Shown here in pieces: positions 63,549 to 64,000 of a stretch of DNA of 64,000 bases. The stretch's first letter is position 1; each line of letters opens with the position of its first letter. The translations under genes and the position numbers were made by a program. Origin of the DNA: Octopus vulgaris (lineage: Eukaryota); NCBI GenBank assembly GCA_951406725.2, contig OX597816.1, positions 129,518,001 through 129,582,000 on the forward strand. Direction: 5' to 3'. A model generated the notes under the pieces. That model had not been told where the DNA came from, searched no databases, and saw only the letters and a list, made by a program, of their open reading frames with translations.

Positions 63549-64000
63549 TCAGCCATTTAATTTGGGGGAGAACTTAGCTATGAAATGTTTTTCCATATTC
63601 CTCCTGAAGGGGGTGTCATTCTTCGGACACTTGTAGAAGGGAAATATCTTAAATTTTCCCTCTCCACATGTAGCTAGGTGTGTGCTTAGTGGTATTTTGC
63701 GTAGTTCTTCCTGCCGAATATGTTGTCGGTGGATCCTGGCTCGCTGGCACAAAGAATTACCAGTTTCTCCTACGTAATTCTCCTTGCATGTGGGGCAGGT
63801 TATGCAGTATATGACGTTCTGCGTCTTGCAGTTCATATCTGCATTTACTTTGAATATGACACCATTTTTAAATCTTATCTCTCTGTTGCTCTCTATGTAT
63901 TTGTAGGTGGGGTTGCTGCAGGTCCCACATCTGCCATCTCCGCACTCTTTTGCAAAGAATTCCGTTTTAGTTTCTGAAGAGAATTTCGCTCTTGTTAGGT
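63549..64000 (-). CDS. GIY-YIG endonuclease C-terminus of a Penelope-like retroelement ORF (Neptune-like Cys linker); frame open to the window edge
   Basis: LTRAKF...CGDGRCGTC...MNCKTQNVIYCITCPTCKENYVGET...RARIHRQHI...RRNMEKHFIAKFSPKLN; no stops from 63998 to the TGA ending at 63549. Confidence 0.9.
   Translation of the reverse strand, partial: LTRAKFSSETKTEFFAKECGDGRCGTCSNPTYKYIESNREIRFKNGVIFKVNADMNCKTQNVIYCITCPTCKENYVGETGNSLCQRARIHRQHIRQEELRKIPLSTHLATCGEGKFKIFPFYKCPKNDTPFRRNMEKHFIAKFSPKLNG

Larger units (their letters stand above)
62487..64000 (-). mobile_element. Penelope-like element 3' end (ORF, microsatellite-rich UTR, probable pseudo-LTR) abutting (TA)n
   Basis: GIY-YIG ORF; the left boundary is inferred from the (TA)n tract at 62466-62487. 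Confidence 0.6.

Overview
AT-rich, intron- and repeat-rich animal genomic DNA. The SINE/LINE families and microsatellites suggest a cephalopod such as Octopus (inference). Two genes converge tail-to-tail. On + are the last 10 coding exons of TMEM94/KIAA0195 (1481-17684), including a GC-AG intron. On - is a complete 19-coding-exon mitochondrial intermediate peptidase gene (MIPEP, 50140-21704, 713 aa by my exon assembly, HEFGH zinc motif). Introns and flanks hold tRNA-derived SINEs, RTE and CR1 LINE fragments, hAT, Tc1/pogo and piggyBac MITEs, a decayed piggyBac, nested foldback elements, and the GIY-YIG end of a Penelope-like element (PLE) at the right edge. The most notable unannotated signal is a well-formed type I hammerhead ribozyme (30670-30610) on the MIPEP sense strand inside an intron, flanked by a truncated inverted copy of itself. 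Four more degenerate hammerhead-like motifs (about 11.1, 28.6, 53.4 and 62.6 kb) look like PLE-derived remnants. All calls are by eye; no searches were run and repeat boundaries are approximate.
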